Assembly: GCF_000482745.1 (NCBI RefSeq)
Contig: NZ_AXWQ01000013.1
Span: forward strand, 51,279 to 75,278
Source: Oleidesulfovibrio alaskensis DSM 16109
GTDB taxonomy: Bacteria > Desulfobacterota > Desulfovibrionia > Desulfovibrionales > Desulfovibrionaceae
Reading direction: 5' to 3'
Length of the DNA stretch: 24,000 nucleotides
The notes beneath the pieces were generated by a model, which made no database searches, was not told where the DNA came from, and saw nothing but the letters and a program-made list of their open reading frames with translations. Made by a program: the position numbers and the translations under genes. Position 1 is the first letter of the stretch. Each line of letters starts with the position of its first letter. Below, piece by piece: positions 14,693 to 23,455 of this stretch.

Positions 14693-15831
14693 ACGCGCGG
14701 TTGCGGGCACTGACGGCCGCAGGACTGTACCGCAGACGCATCTGTCAGGAATCCCGTCAGGGAAAATGGGTGACCGTGGACGGCAGGCAACTGTTGAATT
14801 TTGCCTCAAACGACTATCTGGGACTGGCAGCGGATACAGACTGGCAGGCTCAGGTGGCCCGCTGCTTTGCACAGCATCCCCCGTCCGCCTCTGCTTCGGC
14901 TCTGGCGGGGGGGCACTCGCGCACCATCAGGGCCGCCGAAGAATCACTTGCCGAATATTTCGGCTATGCGGAATGCGTGCTGCTGCCCAGCGGTTATCAG
15001 GCCAATCTGGCCCTGCTGCAGGCGCTGGCCTTTTGCGGCGATACAGTGCTGTACGACAAACGCATCCATGCCAGCACTGCAGCAGCCGTACGCGCCGGTG
15101 CCGCAACGCCCTGCGGTTTCCGCCACAACGATACACGGCACCTTGCCCGCAGGCTGGAAAAAACGGACAAGCCGGACAGTACGGGCACAAAAGTTATTCT
15201 GGTGGAATCGCTGTACAGTATGGACGGCGACAGTCCGGACTTTGCCGCACTGCACCGGATCAAGGAACGGCATAACGCCATACTGGTGGCAGACGAGGCG
15301 CACGCCTTCGGCGTGCTGGGCACAGAAGGCAGAGGGCTGGCAACCGGCAGTGCCGACATGGCTGTGGGCACGCTGGGAAAAGCGCTGGGACTGTTCGGTG
15401 CATTCATTCTGCTGCCGCGCGGCGGAACAGAATTGCTGTGCAATCTGGCGTCGCCCTTCATTCACTCCACGGCACTGCCCGACGCGCACGCCGCATGCGC
15501 GGCCATGCTGCCCCGGCGCATTGCACGCATGGAGGAACAACGCGACCGTGTGGCCCGGCTGAGCCGTCTCATGCGGACGGAACTGCAGGGGCTGGGGCTG
15601 CCTGTGCACGGCACAGCGCACATCATCACGCTGGAAACAGGCGACGAAGCACTGACAAGCCGGACAGCTGCCGCGCTGCGGCAGCACGGTATTCTGGCAC
15701 TGGCGGCACGGCACCCCACCGTGCCCGCACGAAGAGCCGTCATACGTCTGGGCATGACGGCTCTGCATTCGGCCCGCGACGTAGAGGTATGCGTGCGGAG
15801 CCTTACGACGATCCTGCGAGGTATTGTATGA
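14674..15831 (+). CDS. bioF: 8-amino-7-oxononanoate synthase
   Basis: N-terminus LYRRR...NFASNDYLGL, and PLP lysine in GTLGKALG. Alpha-oxoamine synthase family within a bio context. Confidence 0.9.
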   Translation: MAYAALNARLRALTAAGLYRRRICQESRQGKWVTVDGRQLLNFASNDYLGLAADTDWQAQVARCFAQHPPSASASALAGGHSRTIRAAEESLAEYFGYAECVLLPSGYQANLALLQALAFCGDTVLYDKRIHASTAAAVRAGAATPCGFRHNDTRHLARRLEKTDKPDSTGTKVILVESLYSMDGDSPDFAALHRIKERHNAILVADEAHAFGVLGTEGRGLATGSADMAVGTLGKALGLFGAFILLPRGGTELLCNLASPFIHSTALPDAHAACAAMLPRRIARMEEQRDRVARLSRLMRTELQGLGLPVHGTAHIITLETGDEALTSRTAAALRQHGILALAARHPTVPARRAVIRLGMTALHSARDVEVCVRSLTTILRGIV

Positions 15832-16544
15832 ATCATCGTGAACCGATGCCCCTGCACCTGTTTGTCACAGGAACGGACACCGGTGCGGGAAAAACCGTGG
15901 TCAGCCTGCTGCTGCTTAAAGTTCTGCACGGGCGCGGGCACATGCCCCGTTACTTCAAACCGCTGCAGACCGGCTGTATTTCTCCCTCGGATGCGGACAG
16001 TGACGCCCGTTTCATCCATAACTATCATGAGCCGCTGCGGAACATTGCGCCGGAACATTCCACGGGGCTGTGCTTCAAGTCTCCCAAGGCTCCGCTCTAT
16101 GCCGCACGCGACGAAGGCCGCGGCATAGAGGCGGAAACCGTCTTGCGCAGGCTGGCATCCCTGCGCAGGGAAAAGGCGCCCCTCGTGGCGGAAGGAGCAG
16201 GCGGGCTGCTGGTACCGGTAACCCCGCACGCCACCGTTATCGATATTATCGAACAGTCGGGCATGCGGCCCGTACTGGTGGCCCGCACGGGGCTGGGCAC
16301 CATCAACCATACGCTCCTTTCACTGGAGGTGCTCAGGCTGCGGAACATAAAACCGGCAGGGATTGTGTTTGTCGAGGCAAGGGATGAACCCACGCCCGCA
16401 GCCATGATTCAGGAAAACATGGACGCCGTGTCCGCATTTTCCGGAATATCCGTCAGCGGCGTTGTGCCGCATATTTCTGATTTTCATTCACCGCCCCCGC
16501 AGGCTCTGGCCGTCGTGGAGCGGCTTGTGGACGGGATGCTTTAG
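15828..16544 (+). CDS. bioD: Dethiobiotin synthase
   Basis: LFVTGTDTGAGKTVVS P-loop typical of BioD. ATGA overlap with the bioF stop. The start is trimmed from 15438. Confidence 0.9.
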   Translation: MNHREPMPLHLFVTGTDTGAGKTVVSLLLLKVLHGRGHMPRYFKPLQTGCISPSDADSDARFIHNYHEPLRNIAPEHSTGLCFKSPKAPLYAARDEGRGIEAETVLRRLASLRREKAPLVAEGAGGLLVPVTPHATVIDIIEQSGMRPVLVARTGLGTINHTLLSLEVLRLRNIKPAGIVFVEARDEPTPAAMIQENMDAVSAFSGISVSGVVPHISDFHSPPPQALAVVERLVDGML

Positions 16545-17845
16545 CCCCGTCCGCCTGCCACCCGCACAGACCCGCCGGTCTTTTCCGCATGCTCCGGAAA
16601 GCAGGCCAGCAGGTCGTCCAGAGTTTCGCGGCGGCGGATAAGCCGGTCGCGGCCGTCTTTGTCCACCAGCACTTCGGCCGGACGCAGACGCTGATTGTAG
16701 CTGGAACTCATGGCAAAACCGTAGGCTCCGGCATCCAGCATGGCGATGATGTCGCCTTCCTGTATCTCGGGCAGGTCGCGGGCGGCAGCCATGATATCGC
16801 CTGATTCGCAGATATTGCCCACGATGGTCTGCTGCATGGTTTCCTGCTGCGGAACACCGTCTTCGCGGTATATCTCCACATCATGAAAAGCGTCGTACAT
16901 GACCGGACGCTGCAGAACGTTGAACCCGAGATCTGTACCGGCAAAGCGGCGTTCGCCGTTGTTTTTGACGGCATGCACGGTACCCAGTACCACGCCGCAC
17001 TCAGCGGTCACATAGCGGCCCGGCTCGATCATAAAGCGTCCGTTGTATCCCGTGCGTTCCGCCCATCTGCCGATGCAGTCATCCAGCATGCGGCCCGTGG
17101 CTTCCATGTCCAGCCGGGGCTGTTTTTCATATTTGCGGTACGGAATGCCGAATCCTCCGCCGAAGTCGATGACCTCCAGCGAATCCCACTGTTCCGCCTC
17201 GCGCAGAAGAAACTCCACGGCTTCCAAGTAGCTGTCCGGCTCCATGAACAGCGAACCGATGTGCTGGTTAAGCCCTGCAAGAGTCAGGTTGTGCCGCTTG
17301 AGAATGCGGCGCACGGCATCGCCGTCGTCCGGCCCTATGCCGAATTTCGTTTCCTTGCCGCCGGTGACAACCTTTTTGTGGTGTCCCGCGCCGATGCCTG
17401 GATTGATGCGGATCATCACCTTGCCGCCGGGGTTCACCTGCCCCAGCAGATCAAGCTGCGACAGAGAGTCCACGCTGACCAGCAGACCGTGATCGACAGC
17501 ATTGCGCAGTTCTTCGGCAGAAACGTTGTTGCAGACGTAGGTTATTTCGTCGGGCGTGAATCCCGCCGCAAGATGCATGGCGATTTCGCCGGGAGACATG
17601 GCATCCACCACCAGTCCTTCGGAACGGATAATGCGCAGCAGCGAAAGATTGGCATTGGCCTTGGCCGAATAATTGACCCGGAACCCCGGATGACTGCTCA
17701 ACCCTTTCAATTCGCGGCATCTGCGGCGCAGTACGTTTTCATTATACACGTACAGCGGGCTGCCATAGGTTTCCACCAGCTCCATGGGTGTGGAAAGCCC
17801 GTAAAAATCCAGTTCATCTGTCACGGCGGAACGAACGTTCGACAT
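16541..17845 (-). CDS. lysA: Diaminopimelate decarboxylase
   Basis: Fold-III PLP decarboxylase: YSAKANANLSLL (PLP Lys), DFGGGFGIPY, EPGRY, and GNICESGD typical of LysA. Confidence 0.85.
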   Translation of the reverse strand: MSNVRSAVTDELDFYGLSTPMELVETYGSPLYVYNENVLRRRCRELKGLSSHPGFRVNYSAKANANLSLLRIIRSEGLVVDAMSPGEIAMHLAAGFTPDEITYVCNNVSAEELRNAVDHGLLVSVDSLSQLDLLGQVNPGGKVMIRINPGIGAGHHKKVVTGGKETKFGIGPDDGDAVRRILKRHNLTLAGLNQHIGSLFMEPDSYLEAVEFLLREAEQWDSLEVIDFGGGFGIPYRKYEKQPRLDMEATGRMLDDCIGRWAERTGYNGRFMIEPGRYVTAECGVVLGTVHAVKNNGERRFAGTDLGFNVLQRPVMYDAFHDVEIYREDGVPQQETMQQTIVGNICESGDIMAAARDLPEIQEGDIIAMLDAGAYGFAMSSSYNQRLRPAEVLVDKDGRDRLIRRRETLDDLLACFPEHAEKTGGSVRVAGGRG

Positions 17846-18588
17846 TATTTCCCCCTTGTGGGACTCTCCTCCGGTTCTGCACCGCTCATGCCGGACCGGA
17901 TCTTGATAAGTTCAATTTCATTCAGCAGCGCCTCGCGCATCAGATACACCAGATGCTCGTTGGCGGAGTACAGACACTGCCCTGTTCTGGCGGCCTGATC
18001 CACCACGCCGGTAATCACTTCGCGCGTGTCGGCAATAAGCTTGATATGCCCCGTACCCGCGGCATTATGCATAAAAATGGCTCCGGAAATCTGCGGGTCG
18101 GCATCCGACAGAATAACCACCTTGAGTCCGCGGGCGGCACAGGCGGCCATGTCTTCCTTCAGCTGCGCGGCATTGCCCGAATGCATCGAAATATACACGC
18201 GCAACTGCGCCAGACGCAGCATGTTGCGCACTTTATCCATGGTGTTCTGATACCCCGTCACCGTCAGGTAGGGCATTTCCACCGGCTGCTCTTCGGGCAG
18301 ATGCTGTTCGAGAAACTCCAGAGTCTCGTCACAGTGCCTGCGTATGGTGACCAGCAGCTCCTTGCGGGGTGTGGGCACATACTTGCTGGTGTCGTCGCTG
18401 GCCACCACGGCCCCGCCCTTTTCCACCAGACTGGATAACGCCGCATATGCGTTGGAACGCGATATGCCCGCCAGCTTTGCCGCCTCATATCCTGTAAGCG
18501 CACCGTGCCTGCACAGCGTCACGTACATGATGGATTCCTGCTGGGTAAACCCGAACCGCTTAAGAGCCTTTATGATTTCGCTATCCAT
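17845..18588 (-). CDS. TrmB-family transcriptional regulator
   Basis: N-terminal HTH FGFTQQESIMYVTLCRHGALTGYEAAKLAGISRSNAYAALSSLVEKG. ATG 18588 (AGGAA RBS) is preferred over the upstream GTG at 18603. Its stop overlaps the lysA ATG (TAATG). Confidence 0.75.
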   Translation of the reverse strand: MDSEIIKALKRFGFTQQESIMYVTLCRHGALTGYEAAKLAGISRSNAYAALSSLVEKGGAVVASDDTSKYVPTPRKELLVTIRRHCDETLEFLEQHLPEEQPVEMPYLTVTGYQNTMDKVRNMLRLAQLRVYISMHSGNAAQLKEDMAACAARGLKVVILSDADPQISGAIFMHNAAGTGHIKLIADTREVITGVVDQAARTGQCLYSANEHLVYLMREALLNEIELIKIRSGMSGAEPEESPTRGK

Positions 18589-18613
18589 GCAATTTCCTGC
18601 CACGCCTAACGTG

Positions 18614-18627
18614 GTACTATTTAGTAC
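18614..18627. promoter_or_regulatory. Palindrome GTACTA-TT-TAGTAC upstream of the TrmB-family gene
   Basis: Read directly. It lies in a locally AT-rich stretch 26 nt upstream of the ATG at 18588, with a further TACTA repeat adjacent. Confidence 0.3.
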
Positions 18628-18837
18628 TACTAATTACCCTGAACCCGGTTGTCAATATCCGGTCTGCAAAAAAACACCCTGCGGCCGGAGGCATGCCCGG
18701 CCGCAACCGGCCAGACAGTGTACGCCGCCTCGGCCTGCCGGGCAACGCGGCAGCCACCCCTTTACGCGGAGACTTACTTTTTTTAGCGTAAACAGCAGCC
18801 TGCCGTGCACGGCAACGCGCAAACAAAGGATGGTACA

Positions 18838-20052
18838 ATGCAACACCCCGTACATGAAAGCACCATAGCCGCACAGACTGCCGCCATACTGCCACAGGTC
18901 ATCAGCTGGCGGCACGACCTGCACCGCATACCCGAACCCGGGCAGGCCGAAGAAAAAACCGCCCGCTATGTTTCCGCCTGCCTCGAATCTCTGGGCATAA
19001 CGCACAGCACGGGCATTGCCGGTCACGGCATCTGCGGCATCATCGACACCGGACGGCCCGGTCCCACCGTGCTGCTGCGCGCGGACATGGATGCGCTGCC
19101 GGTGACAGAACTGGCCGATGTGCCGTTCAGGTCCGCCCATGACGGCTTCATGCATGCCTGCGGTCACGACTGCCATATGGCCATGCTGCTCGGGGCGGCG
19201 GGCATATTGCGGCACCTGGCGGACGAGCCGCACAGCGGCATGTGCGGTGCCGTCAAGCTGATCTTTCAGCCTGCCGAAGAATACCCCGGCGGAGCAAAGC
19301 CCATGATTGAAGCCGGTGTGATGCAAAATCCCGCCGTGGATTACTGTCTGGGGGCGCATGTATGGCCCACGCTGCCCGAAGGCACAGTATCGGCCTGCTC
19401 CGGTCCGGTTATGGCCGCCATGGACAGGTTTGACATAACCATCAGAGGCCGCGGAGGCCACGCCGCCAAACCGCACCATTGCGTGGATGCACTTGAAACC
19501 GCCACGCAGGTTGTTTCGGCCATGCAGCGCATCATCAGCCGCAAGGTCGACCCGCTCAAACCCGCGCTGCTCACCGTAGGGCAGTTCAATGCGGGAACCG
19601 CATTCAACGTCATTCCCGGCGAAGCCTTTATCAGCGGCACGCTGCGCACTTTCGATGCGGACATCCGCAAACAGTGGGAACCGCTGCTGCGGCAGGTCAC
19701 GCAAGGTGTGTGCAGCTCCATGGGCGCCACCGCAGATATACTGTTCAGCCCCGGCTACCCTGCCGTGGTCAACAACGCAACAGTGACGGACATAGTCCGT
19801 CAGGCTGCCGCGCATACAGACGGGGTCACCTGTCCGGACCGCCATGAGCAGAGCATGGGCGGCGAAGATATGGCGTATTTTCTGCAACGCGCTCCGGGGT
19901 GCTTTTTCTTCATCGGCAGCGGCTTTGAAGGCTGCGCTCCGGCCCATAACGCACATTTTCAGGTGCACGACCACATACTGGCCCACGGTATCGAAATTTT
20001 CTGCCGGGCCACATTGCGGCTGCTGCTGGACAAACCGGCAGCCACAGCCTGA
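18838..20052 (+). CDS. M20D-family amidohydrolase (N-acyl-amino acid amidohydrolase / hippuricase-like)
   Basis: RRHDLHRIPEPG, LLRADMDALP and HACGHD metal-binding motifs. The start is trimmed to ATG 18838 (AAAGGA RBS). Confidence 0.8.
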   Translation: MQHPVHESTIAAQTAAILPQVISWRHDLHRIPEPGQAEEKTARYVSACLESLGITHSTGIAGHGICGIIDTGRPGPTVLLRADMDALPVTELADVPFRSAHDGFMHACGHDCHMAMLLGAAGILRHLADEPHSGMCGAVKLIFQPAEEYPGGAKPMIEAGVMQNPAVDYCLGAHVWPTLPEGTVSACSGPVMAAMDRFDITIRGRGGHAAKPHHCVDALETATQVVSAMQRIISRKVDPLKPALLTVGQFNAGTAFNVIPGEAFISGTLRTFDADIRKQWEPLLRQVTQGVCSSMGATADILFSPGYPAVVNNATVTDIVRQAAAHTDGVTCPDRHEQSMGGEDMAYFLQRAPGCFFFIGSGFEGCAPAHNAHFQVHDHILAHGIEIFCRATLRLLLDKPAATA

Positions 20053-20194
20053 GGTCTTTGGCTTTGCCTGTTAATACAGGCTGTAAGCCACATGAGACAC
20101 GCACAGAAGCATAAGAAACGTTTTGACTTTCATGGCTGAACAAGCCAAGGTGACGATGTTTCTTTATGCCAAAAACCATGCAAGGAGTTTTTAC

Positions 20195-20617
20195 ATGGCA
20201 ATCAAAAACGGCGACACCGTGCGTGTCCACTATACAGGAACTCTTGATGACGGCACGGTGTTCGACTCATCCCGCGACCGTGAACCGCTGGAATTCACCA
20301 TGGGCGAAGGTATGCTCATTCCCGGTTTTGAAGCGGCTCTGATGGGTCTTGCCGCTGGCGATACCACCAAGACCACCATCCAGCCCGAAGACGCCTACGG
20401 CGAGCCCAATGACGAACTCATTCTGGCCGTTGCGCGTGAGCAGGTGCCCGACCACATCACCCCCGAAGTGGGTCTGATGCTGCAGGTGCAGACTGAAGAA
20501 GGCATGATGGATGTGACCATCACCGACGTAACCGACGAACAGGTCGTGCTGGACGCCAACCACCCGCTGGCCGGCGAATCCCTGACCTTCGAAATAGAAG
20601 TGATGGAAGTTCTCTAA
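20195..20617 (+). CDS. FKBP-type peptidyl-prolyl cis-trans isomerase, SlyD-like (with IF insert, no His-rich tail)
   Basis: GDTVRVHYTGTLDDGTVFDSS...LEFTMGEGMLIPGFE...DANHPLAGESLTFEIEV. AAGGAG RBS before the ATG at 20195. Confidence 0.85.
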   Translation: MAIKNGDTVRVHYTGTLDDGTVFDSSRDREPLEFTMGEGMLIPGFEAALMGLAAGDTTKTTIQPEDAYGEPNDELILAVAREQVPDHITPEVGLMLQVQTEEGMMDVTITDVTDEQVVLDANHPLAGESLTFEIEVMEVL

Positions 20618-20646
20618 GCCTCAGTGCCGCCCGTGCGGCTTTGACA

Positions 20647-20682
20647 GGGCGCCGCGGTGTATACCGCGGCGCCCTTTTTTTT
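20647..20682 (+). terminator. Rho-independent terminator after the FKBP gene
   Basis: Perfect 11-bp GC stem GGGCGCCGCGG/CCGCGGCGCCC with a 6-nt loop, then 8 T. Confidence 0.8.
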
Positions 20683-20691
20683 GCAGCACGG

Positions 20692-20723
20692 AAAAAAGGC
20701 CGGAGAGGCGAACCTCTCCGGCC
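20692..20723 (-). terminator. Rho-independent terminator after feoB
   Basis: On the minus strand: GGCCGGAGAGG-TTCG-CCTCTCCGGCC followed by TTTTTT. Confidence 0.75.
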
Positions 20724-20757
20724 GGTTACCGGTATGATGATGCGGCGGGGGATGCAG

Positions 20758-22935
20758 TTATAGCGACCCTATCTGGTACACCACCGTGGCCACCGCAAAA
20801 GCCAGAATGGTGTTGAAGACAACGCTGAACCCTGCCCAGCCCCACGAACCGGCCTCCTGCTTGATGGCTACCACAGCCACAAAGCACGGAGCGTACAGCA
20901 GCACAAAGAGCATGAGCGCCAGCGCACGGGCGGGATTCCACGACGGGTCGTTGGCTATGCGTTCTGCCAGACTGCCGCTTTCTTCGGGGTCAACCTCGCC
21001 CAGTGAATACGCGGTGCCCAGTGTGGATACGATAACTTCCTTGGCCGCGATGCCGCCCACCAGAGCAATGTTGGTACGCCAGTCAAAGCCGGCCACAGAG
21101 GTTACGGATTCAATGGCAGTGCCCACACGTCCCGCTGCGGAGTACCGCAGTCCGGCCATGGCTTCTTCCGCATCCACTGCGGCAAGGGCTTCTTCCATGG
21201 GGGCCACATCATGGCCTTCGGCCTCGGCTGCTTCCATCTGACCGGTTATAAGCTGCCGCTGGCTTTCAAACTGCGCCACCTGAGTATCAGGCAGCTCCGG
21301 AAAGGTCATGGCAACCCAGAGCAGAATGGAAATGGCCAGAATAACGGTACCCGCTTTTTTAATGTACTGCCACGTACGCTCCCATGTGTGAATGAGCAGT
21401 CCGCGCAGCGTGGGAATACGGTAGGGAGGCAGTTCCATGACAAAGGGAGTGGATTCGCCTTTGATAAGCGTGGAGCGCAGCAGGCGTGCCACAAGCAGCG
21501 CCGCCACCCAGCCGCCCAGCGTCAGCGAGAACATGACAGCCGCTTCATTATCGGCAAAGAAAATACCCACAAAAAGAATGAATACAGGCACTTTTGCACC
21601 GCAGGCCATGAAAGGCGCCGTGATGAGCGTGGCCAGTTTTTCCTTGCGGCTGCGCAGGGTGCGCGTGGCCATAACGCCGGGCACGGCACAACCGCCGGCA
21701 ATACCGCCGGAAACGATGAACGGCATTACCGAGCAGCCGTGCAGGCCGAACATGCGGAAGACCCTGTCCAGCATATAGGCGATACGCGCCATGTAGCCGG
21801 AGTCTTCCAGAAACGCGATCTGCAGGAACATGAACAGAATAAGCGGCACAAACCCCATGACACCGCCCACGCCGTCTATGATGCCGGATACGATAAGCGA
21901 TTTCAGCAGGCCGTCGGGCAGTGCGGCAGAGGCGGTCTCGTTAAGCCAGCCGAACATTTCTTCCACCCAGCCCATGGGAATTTCACCGATGGCGAAGGTA
22001 ATTTCATAAATAAGGTACAGCAGCCCCAGCATGATCAGCGGGCCGAACAGCTGATGGGTAAGCACTTTGTCAAGACGGTCGGAAAACTGAATACGGTCCG
22101 TCATCTCGTCGCGGCGCTTCACCACGCCGTCACGCAGCACGGAAGCAATGAACCCGTAGCGGTAGTCGGCTATGACAGCTTCGGGGTATGTATTGAGCGT
22201 GCTCTGCAGGTGGTCGGCCACTTCCTTGACCTGCGCTTCCAGCTCCAGCGCCAGCGGACCGGCATCACGGCCGAGACGCATCATTTCCTCGTCGCCTTCG
22301 ATATATTTGATGGCCACCCAGCGTGCGGGGTATTTATCAAGAAATTTTTCCGACTCGATACGCGCAGTCATGGCGCGCAGCACAGGGTCGATGTCTGCCC
22401 CGTAAGAAATCTCCAGCGGAGTCCATGGCTGCTTGCTGCGGGAATCGCCGAATTCCACGGCATCCTGAAGCAGTTCTTTCACGCCCTCGCCGCTACGGGC
22501 AACGGTTTCGCGCACGGGCACACCCAGAGTTCTGGAAAGACGGGCCACGTCAATCTCGATACCCTGCTTGCGGGCTTCGTCCATCATGTTCAGCCCGAGC
22601 GCCACGGGTACGCCCATTTCAAGAAACTGCACGGCAAGATACAGGTTACGCTCAAGCGCAGCCGAGTTGAGCACGTCCACCACCACATCGGGGCGTTCGT
22701 CCACCACATAGCTGCGGGCAACCAGTTCTTCCTGCGTATAGGCGGTAAGAGAGTACGTGCCCGGAAGGTCGATGATGTGCACTTCCCGTCCATCAAGGCG
22801 CACTCTGCCCTCTTTTTTATCCACGGTGATGCCCGGATAGTTGCCCACATGCTGGCGGGCGCCTGTCAGTGCGTTAAAAGCCGTGGTTTTGCCGGAGTTC
22901 GGGTTACCGGCAAGTGCAATGGTAGTAATTTTCAT
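20758..22935 (-). CDS. feoB: Ferrous iron transporter FeoB
   Basis: N-terminal G-domain IALAGNPNSGKTTAFNALTG and DLPGTYSL, followed by a large polytopic membrane domain. The start is trimmed from 23007 to ATG 22935 (MKITTIAL). Confidence 0.95.
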   Translation of the reverse strand: MKITTIALAGNPNSGKTTAFNALTGARQHVGNYPGITVDKKEGRVRLDGREVHIIDLPGTYSLTAYTQEELVARSYVVDERPDVVVDVLNSAALERNLYLAVQFLEMGVPVALGLNMMDEARKQGIEIDVARLSRTLGVPVRETVARSGEGVKELLQDAVEFGDSRSKQPWTPLEISYGADIDPVLRAMTARIESEKFLDKYPARWVAIKYIEGDEEMMRLGRDAGPLALELEAQVKEVADHLQSTLNTYPEAVIADYRYGFIASVLRDGVVKRRDEMTDRIQFSDRLDKVLTHQLFGPLIMLGLLYLIYEITFAIGEIPMGWVEEMFGWLNETASAALPDGLLKSLIVSGIIDGVGGVMGFVPLILFMFLQIAFLEDSGYMARIAYMLDRVFRMFGLHGCSVMPFIVSGGIAGGCAVPGVMATRTLRSRKEKLATLITAPFMACGAKVPVFILFVGIFFADNEAAVMFSLTLGGWVAALLVARLLRSTLIKGESTPFVMELPPYRIPTLRGLLIHTWERTWQYIKKAGTVILAISILLWVAMTFPELPDTQVAQFESQRQLITGQMEAAEAEGHDVAPMEEALAAVDAEEAMAGLRYSAAGRVGTAIESVTSVAGFDWRTNIALVGGIAAKEVIVSTLGTAYSLGEVDPEESGSLAERIANDPSWNPARALALMLFVLLYAPCFVAVVAIKQEAGSWGWAGFSVVFNTILAFAVATVVYQIGSL

Positions 22936-23092
22936 TCCTGATTCCTGTTCCCCATACTGTTGAGCCGGACCGCGGAAGCTTCCGGCCCCCGCAACTGCCG
23001 GAAACATCCCCTGTTCCGGCAGGCTGCCGTGTCGCGACCCGTTTTACGTTCAACCAGACGTCTGACGATGCCTGCACCTTGCAGCCGTGCGG

Positions 23093-23329
23093 CTACACTG
23101 CTTCCACTGTGATGTAGTCTGCCTCGTTGTTGCGCAGCGACAGGGTGAAGCCTTTCAGACGCAGCGCCACCGGATCCTGCAGCGGAGCCCTGCCCATGAT
23201 TTCAAGCTCCGCACCGGCAACCAGCCCCATATCACGTATGCGGCGGCCCAGTTCTCCGCCTGCGCTTACAGAAACAATGCGGGCCCGTTGCCCGACCTTG
23301 AGCTGGCGCATCGGAATTGACTGACTCAT
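23093..23329 (-). CDS. feoA: FeoA (SH3-like ferrous iron transport protein A)
   Basis: 78 aa. LKVGQRARIVSV...RRIRDMGLVAGAELEI is the typical FeoA pattern. Confidence 0.9.
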   Translation of the reverse strand: MSQSIPMRQLKVGQRARIVSVSAGGELGRRIRDMGLVAGAELEIMGRAPLQDPVALRLKGFTLSLRNNEADYITVEAV

Positions 23330-23371
23330 TGTGTTCCCCTTTTCCCCCCGCGACTGCCTGCGTCAGGGGTG

Positions 23372-23394
23372 TGAAATTGAAAATCCTTCTCATC
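23372..23394. promoter_or_regulatory. Weak Fur-box-like AT-rich element upstream of feoA
   Basis: TGAAATTGAAAATCCTTCTCATC. It matches the 19-bp GATAATGATAATCATTATC consensus at only about 9 of 19 positions and has partial dyad TGA-AA...TT-TCA. Its position is plausible for iron control. Confidence 0.2.
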
Positions 23395-23404
23395 GAATGG
23401 CCGT

Positions 23405-23432
23405 AAAAAAAGCGTGTGAGACATCATCACGC
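23405..23432 (-). terminator. Rho-independent terminator between the Cys-rich peptide gene and feoA
   Basis: On the minus strand: GCGTG(A)TGA-TGTC-TCACACGC (one bulge) followed by 7 T. Confidence 0.55.
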
Positions 23433-23455
23433 ATCCGGCCCAGTCCCTGAACCTG

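Noticed and set aside
10476-15768. Several 170-283-aa minus-strand ORFs (10476-11327, 13505-14017, 13873-14610, 14944-15768, and others) across the bio operon
   Set aside because: All are antisense to well-supported plus-strand genes that are joined by overlapping start and stop codons. Their Arg/Ala/Gly-rich translations have no recognisable domains.
16883-17998. 371-aa plus-strand ORF
   Set aside because: It is antisense to lysA and the 3' end of the TrmB-family gene, both of which have family motifs.
18652-19986. 444-aa ORF on the minus strand
   Set aside because: It is entirely antisense to the M20 amidohydrolase, which has clear metal-binding motifs. Its composition is Arg/Gly/Ala/His-rich, typical of stop-poor antisense frames in GC-rich DNA, and no motif is recognisable.
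20063-20093. Hairpin TGGCTTTGCCTGT-TAAT-ACAGGCTGTAAGCCA after the M20 gene as a terminator
   Set aside because: The stem is interrupted by internal mismatches and no T-tract follows. It may still be a weak structure, but it is not supportable as a terminator.
21211-22941. 576-aa ORF on the plus strand
   Set aside because: It is antisense to feoB, whose G-domain and membrane domain are unambiguous. The translation is His/Arg/Gly-rich nonsense.
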